Source: Kiloniellaceae bacterium
GTDB lineage: Bacteria > Pseudomonadota > Alphaproteobacteria > Kiloniellales > J153
DNA length: 64,000 nt
Reading direction: 5' to 3'
Assembly: GCA_021776175.1 (NCBI GenBank)
Contig: JAJFGJ010000016.1
Span: 10,107 to 74,106 of the forward strand
Below the pieces are notes generated by a model, which was given only the letters and a program-made list of their open reading frames with translations, searched no databases and was not told the DNA's origin. Within the stretch, counting starts at the first letter, position 1, and the number at the start of each line of letters is the position of its first letter. Shown here one piece after another: positions 7,683-17,443 of this stretch. The position numbers and the translations under genes are program-made.

Positions 7683-8679
7683 CGCTACCGGTCCGTTCCT
7701 CCACTTGATCGTACAACCAGCAGGCGACCTGCGAACGATCGACGGGGATGAGATCGGGCCGTTCCACCGTGCAGCGCGCGAAAGCCTTGGGGCAACGCGG
7801 GTTGAAGGCGCAGCCACTGGGAATTTCATTCAGGCGCGGCATGGACCCTTCGATCTGCACCAGGCGCTCGGCCGCCCGGCTCAATTTCGGGATGGATCCC
7901 ATCAAACCGTGGGTGTAGGGGTGCTTGGCGCGCTTGATAACCTGATCGACCGGGCCAACTTCGGCCAAGCGCCCGGCGTACATGACCGCGACCCGATTCG
8001 CCGTCTCGGCGATGACGCCCATGTCGTGAGTAATCAGCATCACCGCCGCGCCGTGTTCGCTGCACAGGCGTTTGAGTAAGGTAATGATCTGGGCCTGGAT
8101 CGAAACGTCCAGGGCCGTTGTCGGCTCGTCCGCGATGATCAACTTCGGATTGACGCACAGCGCCAGCGCGATCACGACCCTCTGGCGCATGCCGCCGGAG
8201 AATTGATGCGGGTATTGATCGATACGCACCTTGGGCGAGGGAATACCGACCTCGCCCAACAAATCTATCGCGCGCTTGCGCGCCGCCGGCTCGCTCAGAT
8301 CGGTGTGTGTGCGTATGGTCTCGATCAGCTGCCGGCCGACCGAGTAGAGGGGGTTGAGACTGGTCAGGGGGTCTTGAAAAACCATGCCGATCTCGCTGCC
8401 GCGCACCTTACGTATTTCCTCATAGGGAAGATTATCGATGCGCCGGCCGGCCAGGTATATCTGCCCGTCTGAAATCCGCCCCGGCGGCTCCAGCAGGCCA
8501 ATGATCGAGGCGCCGGTCAGGGATTTTCCGGCGCCGGATTCGCCGACCACGCCCAGGACCTCTCCCTCGGCGATATCGAAGGACACACCGTCGACCGCCA
8601 CCAAGATGCCGCGCCGGGTAGGAAATTCGATCCGAAGGTCCTTAACCTCTAGTAGCGGGGGTTTCGGCGAAACGGTCAT
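7675..8679 (-). CDS. Opp/Dpp-type ABC transporter ATP-binding protein (DppD/OppD-like)
   Basis: Trimmed to the ATG at 8679 ([15 protein letters not shown]...), a TGATG overlap with the upstream stop. Walker A is GESGAGKS and the signature is FSGGMRQR. Confidence 0.9.
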   Translation of the reverse strand: MTVSPKPPLLEVKDLRIEFPTRRGILVAVDGVSFDIAEGEVLGVVGESGAGKSLTGASIIGLLEPPGRISDGQIYLAGRRIDNLPYEEIRKVRGSEIGMVFQDPLTSLNPLYSVGRQLIETIRTHTDLSEPAARKRAIDLLGEVGIPSPKVRIDQYPHQFSGGMRQRVVIALALCVNPKLIIADEPTTALDVSIQAQIITLLKRLCSEHGAAVMLITHDMGVIAETANRVAVMYAGRLAEVGPVDQVIKRAKHPYTHGLMGSIPKLSRAAERLVQIEGSMPRLNEIPSGCAFNPRCPKAFARCTVERPDLIPVDRSQVACWLYDQVEERTGSDG

Positions 8680-9686
8680 CAGCGCAGCTTCGGATTTAGC
8701 GCGTCGCGCAGCCAGTCGCCCAAAAGATTGACGGCCAAGACCAAGACAACCAACGCCAGACTGGGGAAGATCGTCATCCACCATTCCCCCGAGAAAATGT
8801 ATTGCTGGCCGATTCGTATTAAGGTGCCGAGCGAGGGATGGGTGACCGGAACGCCGACGCCCAGGAAAGACAAGGTCGCCTCGGTGAGAATCGCCAGCGC
8901 CAAACTCAATGTCGCGATCACCAGGACCGGCCCGGTCACGTTGGGCAGAACGTGGCGGATCATGATCAGTGCCGGGTGCACGCCGATGACCTTGGCGGCC
9001 TGAACGTATTCCTTGTTCTTTTCAACCAGGGTAGAGCCGCGAACCGTGCGCGCGAAATTGACCCATTGCGACGCCGCGATAGCCAAAATCAGAACGTAAA
9101 TCTTCAAGTCTTGGGCCACGGCGCGGGGCAGGAGACCGGCGACGGTGCCGTCGATCAAGAGCGCGATCAAGATCGCCGGAAAAGTCAGCTGAATGTCGGC
9201 GATCCGCATGATCACGCTGTCCAGCCTGCCGCCGATATATCCACTGATCAAGCCGAGCGAAGTTCCCACCACAGCGGCCAGAATCACCGAGGCGAAACCT
9301 ACCATAAGCGAGATTTGGAGGCCGAACATCATGGCCGAAAAAATGTCCCGGCCCTGATCGTCGGTGCCCAAGAGAAACCGCGCCACACCCTCGGTGCCAA
9401 AGGGATCGGTGAAACCCCAGGGCGGAAACCGCGCGTTCATGAGATTTAGGGTCGTGACATCGTCGGTATTATGCGGTGCGACCCAAGGCGCGAAGATCGC
9501 GACGAAAAAAAGCACCAGCGTGACCGCGAAAGCCACCATGGCAACCGGCGAGCGGCGAAAAGAATAATACACATCGCCATCGAAAAATCGGTGAAGGCTA
9601 TCCGCCGCACGGCCCGCGAGGGAGGGAGTAATCTCCCGGCGATCGGTATTTATCGCCATGGCGTCAGTGCGCCGCGCCGCCGACAT
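8679..9686 (-). CDS. Opp/Dpp-type ABC transporter permease (DppC-like)
   Basis: Polytopic ORF of the binding-protein-dependent transport family. Start is uncertain: ATG at 9686 or at 9659. Confidence 0.85.
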   Translation of the reverse strand: MSAARRTDAMAINTDRREITPSLAGRAADSLHRFFDGDVYYSFRRSPVAMVAFAVTLVLFFVAIFAPWVAPHNTDDVTTLNLMNARFPPWGFTDPFGTEGVARFLLGTDDQGRDIFSAMMFGLQISLMVGFASVILAAVVGTSLGLISGYIGGRLDSVIMRIADIQLTFPAILIALLIDGTVAGLLPRAVAQDLKIYVLILAIAASQWVNFARTVRGSTLVEKNKEYVQAAKVIGVHPALIMIRHVLPNVTGPVLVIATLSLALAILTEATLSFLGVGVPVTHPSLGTLIRIGQQYIFSGEWWMTIFPSLALVVLVLAVNLLGDWLRDALNPKLR

Positions 9687-10650
9687 GCTCGCTACGCAAT
9701 CGTGGGTCGACCGCGTAGTAGAGTAAATCGACGATGAGATTGATGACCACGAAGAACAAGGCCATCAGGACAAGATAGCTGGCCATCACCGGGATATCGA
9801 CGAAAGCGATTCCCTGGAGAAACAGGAGGCCCATGCCCGGCCAAGCGAAAACCGTTTCCGTGATGATCGAAAAGGCCAGGAGCGAACCGATCTGAAGGCC
9901 CATGATGGTGATAACCGGAACCAAGGTATTCTTCAAAGCGTGGCCGTAATTGATCGCCCGGTTGAGCAAGCCCCTGGCGCGCGCGAATTTTATGTAATCG
10001 GTGCGCAAGACTTCCAGCATTTCCGCGCGCACCAGGCGCATGATCAAGGTAAGCTGGAATAAAGCCAGGGTGATGGCGGGCATGAGAATGTGCGACCACC
10101 CCTTCAAGGTCAGCAGGCTTGTCTGCCAACCGCCAAGTTCAACGATCCCGCCGCGCCCGAATGTCGGCAGCCAGCCCAACCAGACCCCGAAGATCAATAT
10201 CATCAGAATACCGATAACAAAGGTCGGCAAGGATATGCCGACCAAGGATACGGTCAAAAAGACCCGGCTAAGCCATGAGTTTCGGTTCAAGCCCGTATAA
10301 ACGCCCATGGGCACGCCGACAAGCAAGGCGATCAGCGCCGATACGAACACCAGTTCAATGGTCGCCGGCAGGCGCTCGGCGATCAACTCGTCCACCGGTT
10401 TGCCCATGCGGTAGGACAGGCCGTACTCGCCCTGCAAGGCATTGCCGACATAGTGGATGAATTGAACCGGAACCGGATCGTTGAGCCCCAGGCGCTCACG
10501 AAGCCTTTCACGCTCTTCAATCGTACCCTCGGGGCCCAGCATGTTATTCACCGGATCGCCCACGTACTGAAACAGCGAAAACGAGATCAGCCCGACGACG
10601 AACATCACGATAATTGCCTGAAAAAGGCGTTGTACGATAAACGCGAGCAT
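9664..10650 (-). CDS. Opp/Dpp-type ABC transporter permease (DppB-like)
   Basis: 328-aa polytopic ORF with a typical DppB/OppB N-terminus (MLAFIVQRLFQAIIVMFVV) and the EAA-loop region YIKFARARGL. Confidence 0.9.
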   Translation of the reverse strand: MLAFIVQRLFQAIIVMFVVGLISFSLFQYVGDPVNNMLGPEGTIEERERLRERLGLNDPVPVQFIHYVGNALQGEYGLSYRMGKPVDELIAERLPATIELVFVSALIALLVGVPMGVYTGLNRNSWLSRVFLTVSLVGISLPTFVIGILMILIFGVWLGWLPTFGRGGIVELGGWQTSLLTLKGWSHILMPAITLALFQLTLIMRLVRAEMLEVLRTDYIKFARARGLLNRAINYGHALKNTLVPVITIMGLQIGSLLAFSIITETVFAWPGMGLLFLQGIAFVDIPVMASYLVLMALFFVVINLIVDLLYYAVDPRLRSEHVGGAAH

Positions 10651-10732
10651 CCGCCGGCCAAATTATTAAAGGTGAAAGAAAGAACGGCGGCCCGCGAATT
10701 TACGCGCGGGCCGCCGTCGCGACGTCAGGTCT

Positions 10733-12331
10733 TTACTTCATCGTGACGTAGCGCAAGTCCACGTCGTTGAAGGGCCGCTGCCAAACCTTGTCCACGGTTT
10801 TGCTGCTAATGCCCCATGCCAGGGCCTGCTGATGCAAAGGAATATGGCCAACTTCATTGAAGTGAATAGTGAAGGCCTCGCGGATCAAGTCATTCCGCTT
10901 TTTCTCTTCGACCGTGACCGCGATCATGTCGGTCAGCTCCTCCACACGAGCGTTGTTGTAGCGCCCGGCATTCCAGGCACCTTGCCCTTTACCGTCCATG
11001 GTCATGAGGTTTTGGAGTGGGTTGTAGGCATCGTAGGAGCCGGGAGTCCAACCGAGCATATAGAAGCTGGTGTTATTGCCCTCGGACTTGCCGATCTTGT
11101 TGAAGTGCAGAGATTTGGTTTGCGCATTCAACGTCACCTTGATGCCGACGCGCTCAAGCATCGGAACCACCGCCGTGCAGATCGCTTCGTCGTTGACATA
11201 GCGATCGTTCGGGCAATCGAAGGTGATCGGGAAACCGTCGCCATAACCGGCCTCGGCCAGAAGCTTCTTGGACGCCTCTGGATCGTATGCATAAGGCGTG
11301 TTCATATCCTCGCTGAAGCCATTGATCCCCGGCGCGATCATCAGGCCGGTTGGCGTGGAAGCACCGCGCATCACGACCCGCTGGATCGCCTTGGTGTCGA
11401 TGGCCTGGGCGAAGGCCTTGCGCACCCGCACGTCCTTAAAGGGATTCTTGCCCGTCCCCGGCATGTCCAAAAGCTCGTCGCGCCAATGGTCGAAACCCAG
11501 GAAGATGGTGCGCAATTCCGGCCCTTGCAGCACCTTGACGTTAGGATCGGCGTCCAGCCGCGGCACGTCTTGCAACGGCGCCGGGTACATCAGATCGATT
11601 TCGCCGGTCAACAAAGCGGCGACCCGTGTCGCGTTGTTCGGGATCGGCTTGAAGATCGCCTTGGTGATATTGGTTTCGAGATTGGCCTTGTCCCAGTAGC
11701 CATCGTAGGGCTCTAGGACCACGCGGTTGTCCTGAACCCACTCGACGAGCTTGAACGGCCCGGTGCCATTGGGGTTCAGGTTCGCGAAGTTAACCTTGCC
11801 CGCGCCGCGCACAACCTCGGTGGAGTTATTCTCCTCCATGAACTCCTTATCGACCATATAGAAGTTCGGCATATTAAGCAGCAGAATGGGGTCCGGACCC
11901 TTGGTGACGATTTCCACCGCCAGATCGCCAACTTTGCGGACCTCCTCGACCGACGCCAAGGCGAAGGCCATCTCCGAACTTTCCTGTGTCTGGCGCTTGA
12001 AGGAATAGACGACATCGTCGGCATTGAAGGCATTCCCATTATGGAACTTCACGCCGGCGCGCAGATTGAAGCGCCACGTCGTCGCATTGACCCGTTCCCA
12101 ATCCGTCGCCAGGTCCGGAACCAGCGAAAGGTCCGGCTTGCGGTGGACCAAGCGTCCATAAATGTTGCCTTTCATAGTATTGGTCGGACCCTCGTTATTC
12201 GAGTGAGGATCGAGGCCCAGAATATCGCCGGTGGTCGCGTAGCGGAACGTTTTGGCACTGCCATCCGCGCCGGTGGCGAGGACCGCCGCGAGCGCCAAGG
12301 CCGCCACGGAAAAACGTCTTGTTAGTCGCAT
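10733..12331 (-). CDS. ABC transporter substrate-binding protein, family 5 (peptide/nickel type)
   Basis: 532-aa ORF with a signal peptide (MRLTRRFSVAALALAAVLATGADG). Length and composition fit DppA/OppA-type proteins. First gene of a 5-gene operon. Confidence 0.85.
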   Translation of the reverse strand: MRLTRRFSVAALALAAVLATGADGSAKTFRYATTGDILGLDPHSNNEGPTNTMKGNIYGRLVHRKPDLSLVPDLATDWERVNATTWRFNLRAGVKFHNGNAFNADDVVYSFKRQTQESSEMAFALASVEEVRKVGDLAVEIVTKGPDPILLLNMPNFYMVDKEFMEENNSTEVVRGAGKVNFANLNPNGTGPFKLVEWVQDNRVVLEPYDGYWDKANLETNITKAIFKPIPNNATRVAALLTGEIDLMYPAPLQDVPRLDADPNVKVLQGPELRTIFLGFDHWRDELLDMPGTGKNPFKDVRVRKAFAQAIDTKAIQRVVMRGASTPTGLMIAPGINGFSEDMNTPYAYDPEASKKLLAEAGYGDGFPITFDCPNDRYVNDEAICTAVVPMLERVGIKVTLNAQTKSLHFNKIGKSEGNNTSFYMLGWTPGSYDAYNPLQNLMTMDGKGQGAWNAGRYNNARVEELTDMIAVTVEEKKRNDLIREAFTIHFNEVGHIPLHQQALAWGISSKTVDKVWQRPFNDVDLRYVTMK

Positions 12332-12654
12332 GATATACTCCCTGTCTCGGCCCGGTCAGACAGGCGGACTACCCGTCCCGCCAACCCCTTGGCCCTTCCA
12401 ATCCGGCAGCATTCATGACCACCGTTGTCCATACCCTATGTGGAACTGGGGAGCTTCGCAAGACAGTGCGGCGTTGCCCCGAATCAAGGTCTTGTGACGG
12501 CCCGGACCGCACCGTGCGGTTCGGCGATTGGCCGGATGCGGCGCCGATTCCGTTCGCACACAGAGAATTTTAAGCCAAGCGAGCTTGATCCGGGGGGGGC
12601 GCTCCCGCTATGGATGGACGGCCTAATACTAAATTCTAGGATCGTGCCCAAGCC

Positions 12655-13680
12655 GTGCCGCAACACGCCACGAAAACCACGGATTTCCGGGACGGGCGGC
12701 TGCATCTACGCACCCTGCGTCTCGACGATTACCTCAACGCCCGCTGGAGCGGCCCGCGACAGCCCTTGGCGGCGGTCTTGCACGGCGATTTCGATCCACC
12801 GCAACGTGACTGGCCGCAGGCCGCTAGCCCGTTTCCCCTGCTTGACGGCGGCGCCGGCTGGGTCGAGGTGTTTTTGTCGCCGGAGCCCGCGCGCCTCCTA
12901 GCGCACCCGAGTTTCGCGATCAGCGCGACGCAAGATCTTCTTTTCGCCGCCTATACGGACCCCGGCGAAAAGCCGCTCGCGGAGCAGGCCGAGCATGTCT
13001 ATGGCGAGCTCCTGAACTTGGTGGAAAATGCCGGATACCCACACCTCTTACGGGTCTGGCACGCGCTCCCCCGCATTCACGACGACGAAGACGGCCTGGA
13101 GCGGTACCGGCAATTCTGCCTGGGCCGGCAAAAGGTTTTCACGCGCCATGGGGCGGGACCGCCCAGCCGCTTTCCGGCGGCCAGCGTGCTTGGCGCCGGT
13201 CATGACGGCCTGGCGCTCTTCGCCTTGGCGGCCAGGGTGCCGGGTCTGACCGTCGAAAACCCGAACCAGGTCAGCGCCTACCGCTATCCGCCGATCCACG
13301 GGCCCAGCAGCCCCTCTTTCTCCCGCGCCCTGGTAACCGGCGTTACCGGGAACAATCTGCTGTTCCTATCGGGAACCGCCAGCATCACCGGGCACGAAAC
13401 CCGCCACCAAGGCCAGATCGAGGCCCAGGTCCACCAAACGCTCGACAATCTCGACACCCTGATCGAAAGGGCAGGCGCCGCCGCCGGCGCGCGCTTTCGA
13501 ATGAAGGTGGGCGAGGCCCGGCTGCGCGCCTATGTGCGGGCGCTCGGCGACTACGAAACCGCGCGGGCTTGCGTCGAGGCGCGGCTTGGAAACGAAGTTG
13601 AAATCTTGTACCTGCAGGCCGACATCTGCCGGCGTGAGCTATTGTTCGAGATGGATGGCGTGATCGCCGCGCCATCTTGA
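12655..13680 (+). CDS. FkbO/Hyg5/XanB2-like chorismatase family protein (RidA/YjgF-like C-terminal domain)
   Basis: 341-aa ORF. The blocks LLRVWHALPRI, ERYRQFCLGR, PAASVLG, ENPNQVSAYRYP..HGPSSPSFSRA and LFLSGTASITGHET match my recollection of the chorismatase / pteridine-dependent-deoxygenase-like family. Confidence 0.6.
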   Translation: MPQHATKTTDFRDGRLHLRTLRLDDYLNARWSGPRQPLAAVLHGDFDPPQRDWPQAASPFPLLDGGAGWVEVFLSPEPARLLAHPSFAISATQDLLFAAYTDPGEKPLAEQAEHVYGELLNLVENAGYPHLLRVWHALPRIHDDEDGLERYRQFCLGRQKVFTRHGAGPPSRFPAASVLGAGHDGLALFALAARVPGLTVENPNQVSAYRYPPIHGPSSPSFSRALVTGVTGNNLLFLSGTASITGHETRHQGQIEAQVHQTLDNLDTLIERAGAAAGARFRMKVGEARLRAYVRALGDYETARACVEARLGNEVEILYLQADICRRELLFEMDGVIAAPS

Positions 13681-13726
13681 AACACGCGATGGAAACGCTC
13701 ATCGTGAATACCGGGGAACGCCGATA

Positions 13727-14704
13727 ATGGCCCTGCCCAAGGTCCTGCGGGGACTTTCGCTCCCCGCGGTCGGCGCGCCGCTGTTCCTCATCTCCAACCC
13801 GGATTTGGTGATCGCGCAGTGCACGGCGGGTATCGTCGGTGCCTTCCCGGCACTTAACGCGCGCCCGCGAGGCGAGCTGGAAAATTGGCTTAAGGCGATC
13901 ACCGAAGCATTAGACCGCCACAACCAGGCCCATCCGGACACGCCGGCGGCGCCTTACGCGGTCAACCAGATCGTGCACAAGACGAACCCGAGATTGATGC
14001 ACGACCTGGATGTCTGCGTTAAGTACCGGGTGCCGATCCTCATCACCTCGCTCGGCGCGCGGGTCGAGGTGAACGAGGCCGCCCATTCCTATGGCGGCAT
14101 GACCTTGCACGACGTCATCGACAACCGCTTCGCGCGCAAGGCGATCGAGAAGGGCGCGGATGGCCTGATCGCGGTCGCGGCCGGCGCCGGCGGTCACGCC
14201 GGGGCGATCTCGCCCTTCGCCTTGATTCAGGAGATTCGAGCCTGGTTCCATGGGCCGCTGCTGCTTTCCGGCGCCATCTCGACCGGGGGCGCGGTCCTGG
14301 CGGCGCGGGCCATGGGCGCCGACCTAGCCTACATCGGCTCCGCCTTCATCGCCACCCACGAAGCCCGCGCGCCCGAGCGTTATAAGCAAATGATCGTGGA
14401 GAGCGGCGCCGGCGATATTGTCTACACGAGCTACTTCACCGGTGTGCTCGGCAACTACCTCAAGGCCTCGATCGCGGCGGCCGGGCTGGACCCCGAGACT
14501 CTGCCTCACGGCGGCGTCTCGAAGATGGATTTCGCGGGCGGCGGCTCGAAACCCAAGTCCTGGAAAGATATTTGGGGAGCTGGCCAGGGTGTGGGCGGGG
14601 TCGGGGATATCGTGAGCGCCGCCGAGCGAATCGCGAAGCTTCGCCGGGAATACGACGCGGCACGCGCGCGCCTGGGCCTAGTGGATATGGAGAAACGAGA
14701 ATGA
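13727..14704 (+). CDS. nitronate monooxygenase (NMO / 2-nitropropane dioxygenase) family FMN enzyme
   Basis: 325-aa ORF. The N-terminal block PLFLISNPDLVIAQCTAGIVGAFPALN and the GAGGHAG motif are typical of the NMO family. Confidence 0.85.
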   Translation: MALPKVLRGLSLPAVGAPLFLISNPDLVIAQCTAGIVGAFPALNARPRGELENWLKAITEALDRHNQAHPDTPAAPYAVNQIVHKTNPRLMHDLDVCVKYRVPILITSLGARVEVNEAAHSYGGMTLHDVIDNRFARKAIEKGADGLIAVAAGAGGHAGAISPFALIQEIRAWFHGPLLLSGAISTGGAVLAARAMGADLAYIGSAFIATHEARAPERYKQMIVESGAGDIVYTSYFTGVLGNYLKASIAAAGLDPETLPHGGVSKMDFAGGGSKPKSWKDIWGAGQGVGGVGDIVSAAERIAKLRREYDAARARLGLVDMEKRE

Positions 14705-15078
14705 CAGAGGCGGAGAATCCGGGTCCGGAGGCACGCTTCCGCGCCTTCCTCAAGGAAGGCAAATTCATGATCCAGCGTTCGAAAAGCACCGGACGCCATG
14801 TCTTCTACCCGCGCGTGGCGGCACCGGGCGGCGGCGAGACGGATCTGGAATGGGTCGAAGCCAGCGGCGAGGGCACCGTCTACTCGACCACGGTCGTGCG
14901 CGCCCGGCCGGAAAAGGGCGGCGACTTCAATGTGGCGCTGATCGACCTGGCCGAAGGCCCGCGCATGATGAGCCGTGTCATCGATATCGAGCCCACGGCG
15001 GTCGAAATCGGCATGAAAGTGCGCGCCCGCGTCGGCGAATTGGACGGCGCGCCGCAAATCCTTTTTTCGCCGGCTTGA
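14701..15078 (+). CDS. DUF35 OB-fold protein (Zn-ribbon region without cysteines)
   Basis: ATG at 14701 overlaps the upstream stop (ATGA). 125 aa, with an OB-fold block GEGTVYSTTVVR...ALIDLAEGPRMMSRV. Sits immediately upstream of a thiolase-fold partner, the classical DUF35 arrangement. Contains no Cys. Confidence 0.75.
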   Translation: MTEAENPGPEARFRAFLKEGKFMIQRSKSTGRHVFYPRVAAPGGGETDLEWVEASGEGTVYSTTVVRARPEKGGDFNVALIDLAEGPRMMSRVIDIEPTAVEIGMKVRARVGELDGAPQILFSPA

Positions 15079-15091
15079 AGGGCCGCACGCC

Positions 15092-16240
15092 ATGACCAGG
15101 AGCTTGAGAGGCGCGGCCGCGTGCGTAGGGCTCGGCATGGCGGGATGCGGGCACGCGCCGGGGCGAAGCGCCATGGAAAACTTGGCCGAGTCGGTTCATA
15201 TCGCCTTGGCCGAGGCGGGCTTGCGCCTAGCCGATGTCGACGGCGTATTCGCGGCCACGGCGGTGCATTCCATGCCCGCCATGTCGGTCGCGGAATATCT
15301 TGGCATAAAGCCGACATTCTCCAGCGGCTCGAACATCGGCGGCGCGTCGTTTCAAGCTCACGCCCTCAATGCCGCGCTCGCCCTGGAGGCCGGTCTGTGC
15401 GAGGTCGCGATCATCGCCTACGGCTCCAATCAGCGTTCGGCCGGGGGATTCACCTCGATCTCGGGCCCCCTGCCCCACGAGGCGGCTTATAAGCCGCGCA
15501 ATCCGGTCACGGCCTACGCCCTGGCCGCCGCGCGCCATATGCACGACTTCGGCACCACCCGCGAGCACTTGGCCGAGGTCGCCGTCGCCGCGCGCCACTG
15601 GGCCAACCTCAACCCCGATGCCTTCGCCCATGGGCCGCTCAGTATCGAGGATGTGTTGAAGGCCCGCATGATCTGCGATCCCCTCGGCAAGCTCGATTGC
15701 TGCCTGGTCACCGACGGCGGCGCGGCCATGGTGATGGTCCGCGCCGACCGCGCCAAGGACCATCCCAAGGCGCCGGTTTATTTGTTGGGCGCCGCCATGG
15801 CGCATCATCACCGCATGATCTCCGCCATGCCGGACCTGACCGTCTCGGCGGCGGCGGAGAGCGGCCCCCGCGCCTTCGAGATGGCCGGCGTCGGGCACCG
15901 GGATATCGACCTCCTGATGCTGTACGACGCCTTTACCTTCAACACGATCCTGTTCCTGGAGAACCTGGGTTTCTGCGCCAAGGGAGAGGGCGGCCCCTTT
16001 GTCGCGGGCGGGCGGATCGCGCCCGGCGGCGAGCTGCCGGTCAACACCTCCGGCGGCGGGCTATCGTGCGTGCACCCGGGCATGTACGGCCTTTACGCCA
16101 TGATCGAGGCGGTGACCCAGTTGCGCGGTCAAGCGGGCGCGCGCCAGGTCGAGGATGCGCGAATCGCGCTGGCCCACGGCAACGGCGGTGTGCTGTCGTC
16201 CCAGGTCACCACCATTTGGGGCCGGGAAACGGCGCTGTAA
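15092..16240 (+). CDS. thiolase-fold protein, SCP-x / lipid-transfer-protein type
   Basis: 382-aa ORF with the C-terminal block NTSGGGLSCVHPGMYG. Paired with DUF35. By eye, the position of the acyl-accepting Cys reads NIGGASF. Confidence 0.8.
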   Translation: MTRSLRGAAACVGLGMAGCGHAPGRSAMENLAESVHIALAEAGLRLADVDGVFAATAVHSMPAMSVAEYLGIKPTFSSGSNIGGASFQAHALNAALALEAGLCEVAIIAYGSNQRSAGGFTSISGPLPHEAAYKPRNPVTAYALAAARHMHDFGTTREHLAEVAVAARHWANLNPDAFAHGPLSIEDVLKARMICDPLGKLDCCLVTDGGAAMVMVRADRAKDHPKAPVYLLGAAMAHHHRMISAMPDLTVSAAAESGPRAFEMAGVGHRDIDLLMLYDAFTFNTILFLENLGFCAKGEGGPFVAGGRIAPGGELPVNTSGGGLSCVHPGMYGLYAMIEAVTQLRGQAGARQVEDARIALAHGNGGVLSSQVTTIWGRETAL

Positions 16241-16249
16241 GCGCACGCG

Positions 16250-17338
16250 TTATTTTCCATCCAACAGAAAGGGCGCTCCGGCCCGCTTGGCGACATCGCG
16301 CAGTGTGCGCAGGTAAGCCTCGGGAATCGGAATGCCGTTCTCGCGCCGATCTTCTTCGGCGGCTCGTTCCGGGTCCCCGGCGACCAGAACCGGCTGCCCC
16401 GGCGTCCGTGGGCGCGATTGGCGCAACGCCGTCACCATGGCCTCGAGATCGTCGTCGAAGCCGCCCTGGTCGCGAAAACGCCCCGGGTCCATGGCGATGA
16501 AAAAGTGGCCAACGTCGTAACCGCCTTCGGCGTTCGCGCTGGGGCGGGTGCGGCCCCGGCTCGGCGTCGCGAGCGCGCCCGGCAAGACCGCCGAGAGTAT
16601 CTCGACCATGGCCGCCAGGCCGTAGCCCTTGTGACTGCCCAGCTCGCGGGTTCCACCCAAGGGTGTCATCAGACGGGCGGCCAGGGCTTGTTCGGCATCG
16701 GTCAGGGGCGCCCCGGCCTCATCGACCGCCCAGCCCTCGGGAATCGGCTCCCCGTGCAGGAAGGCGAGCTTGATCTTCCCGATCGCGGCGGTGCTGGTCG
16801 CCATATCGAGCACGAAAGGCGGCGCGCCGCGCATGGGCGCCGCGAAAGCCAGGGGATTGGTCCCGAACATGGGCTCCGCGCCGAAGGTCGGCACGATCGC
16901 CGCACGGTGCACGCTGGAACCGGACAAGCCGATAAAGCCCGCCGCCGCGATACGCAGGGCATAAACCCCGGCGGCGCCGTAGTGATTCGAGTTGCGGACC
17001 GCGATCATCGCCAGGCCGAAAGTCCGGCATTTTTCCACCGCCAGATCGCAGGCCATGGTCGAGGGCACGTGGCCCAAGCCGCCATCGCCATCGATGACCG
17101 CCGTCGCCGGATCGTCACGCGCGACGCGGGCTTGAGCCGACATATTGAAATAGCCCGTGCCGCGCATCTCTTCGTATTGCGCCATCATGACAATGCCGTG
17201 CGAGTCGACGCCGCGCAAATCGGCCTCGATCATGCGGGCCGCGGTCACCCGCGCCGCCGGGACCGCCATTCCCCAGGCGCTCAAAACCTCCACAGCTTGC
17301 GCTTCCACAAGCGCCGCTGGAAACCGTGGCATCGGCAT
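16250..17338 (-). CDS. Ldh_2 family (malate/L-lactate dehydrogenase type 2) oxidoreductase
   Basis: 362-aa ORF. The blocks DLRGVDSHGI, AVRNSNHYGAAG and LGSHKGYGLA are characteristic of the Ldh_2 family. Confidence 0.85.
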   Translation of the reverse strand: MPMPRFPAALVEAQAVEVLSAWGMAVPAARVTAARMIEADLRGVDSHGIVMMAQYEEMRGTGYFNMSAQARVARDDPATAVIDGDGGLGHVPSTMACDLAVEKCRTFGLAMIAVRNSNHYGAAGVYALRIAAAGFIGLSGSSVHRAAIVPTFGAEPMFGTNPLAFAAPMRGAPPFVLDMATSTAAIGKIKLAFLHGEPIPEGWAVDEAGAPLTDAEQALAARLMTPLGGTRELGSHKGYGLAAMVEILSAVLPGALATPSRGRTRPSANAEGGYDVGHFFIAMDPGRFRDQGGFDDDLEAMVTALRQSRPRTPGQPVLVAGDPERAAEEDRRENGIPIPEAYLRTLRDVAKRAGAPFLLDGK

Positions 17339-17357
17339 ATCCCTACCTCAAAGGAAT

Positions 17358-17433
17358 GCCGGATCTGGAACCGCCCAGATCCGGCATCTTCCATCAAGTG
17401 TGTGCCATGACGGCGGCGTCAGACCCGCCGCCG
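17358..17433 (-). terminator. Two GC-rich stem-loops downstream of the binding-protein gene (possible terminator / RNA stabiliser)
   Basis: GCCGGATCTGG (17358-17368) pairs with CCAGATCCGGC (17375-17385), giving an 11-bp stem. CGGCGGCG (17411-17418) pairs with CGCCGCCG (17426-17433). Only a weak U tract follows. Confidence 0.4.
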
Positions 17434-17443
17434 CGTTAGCGAC

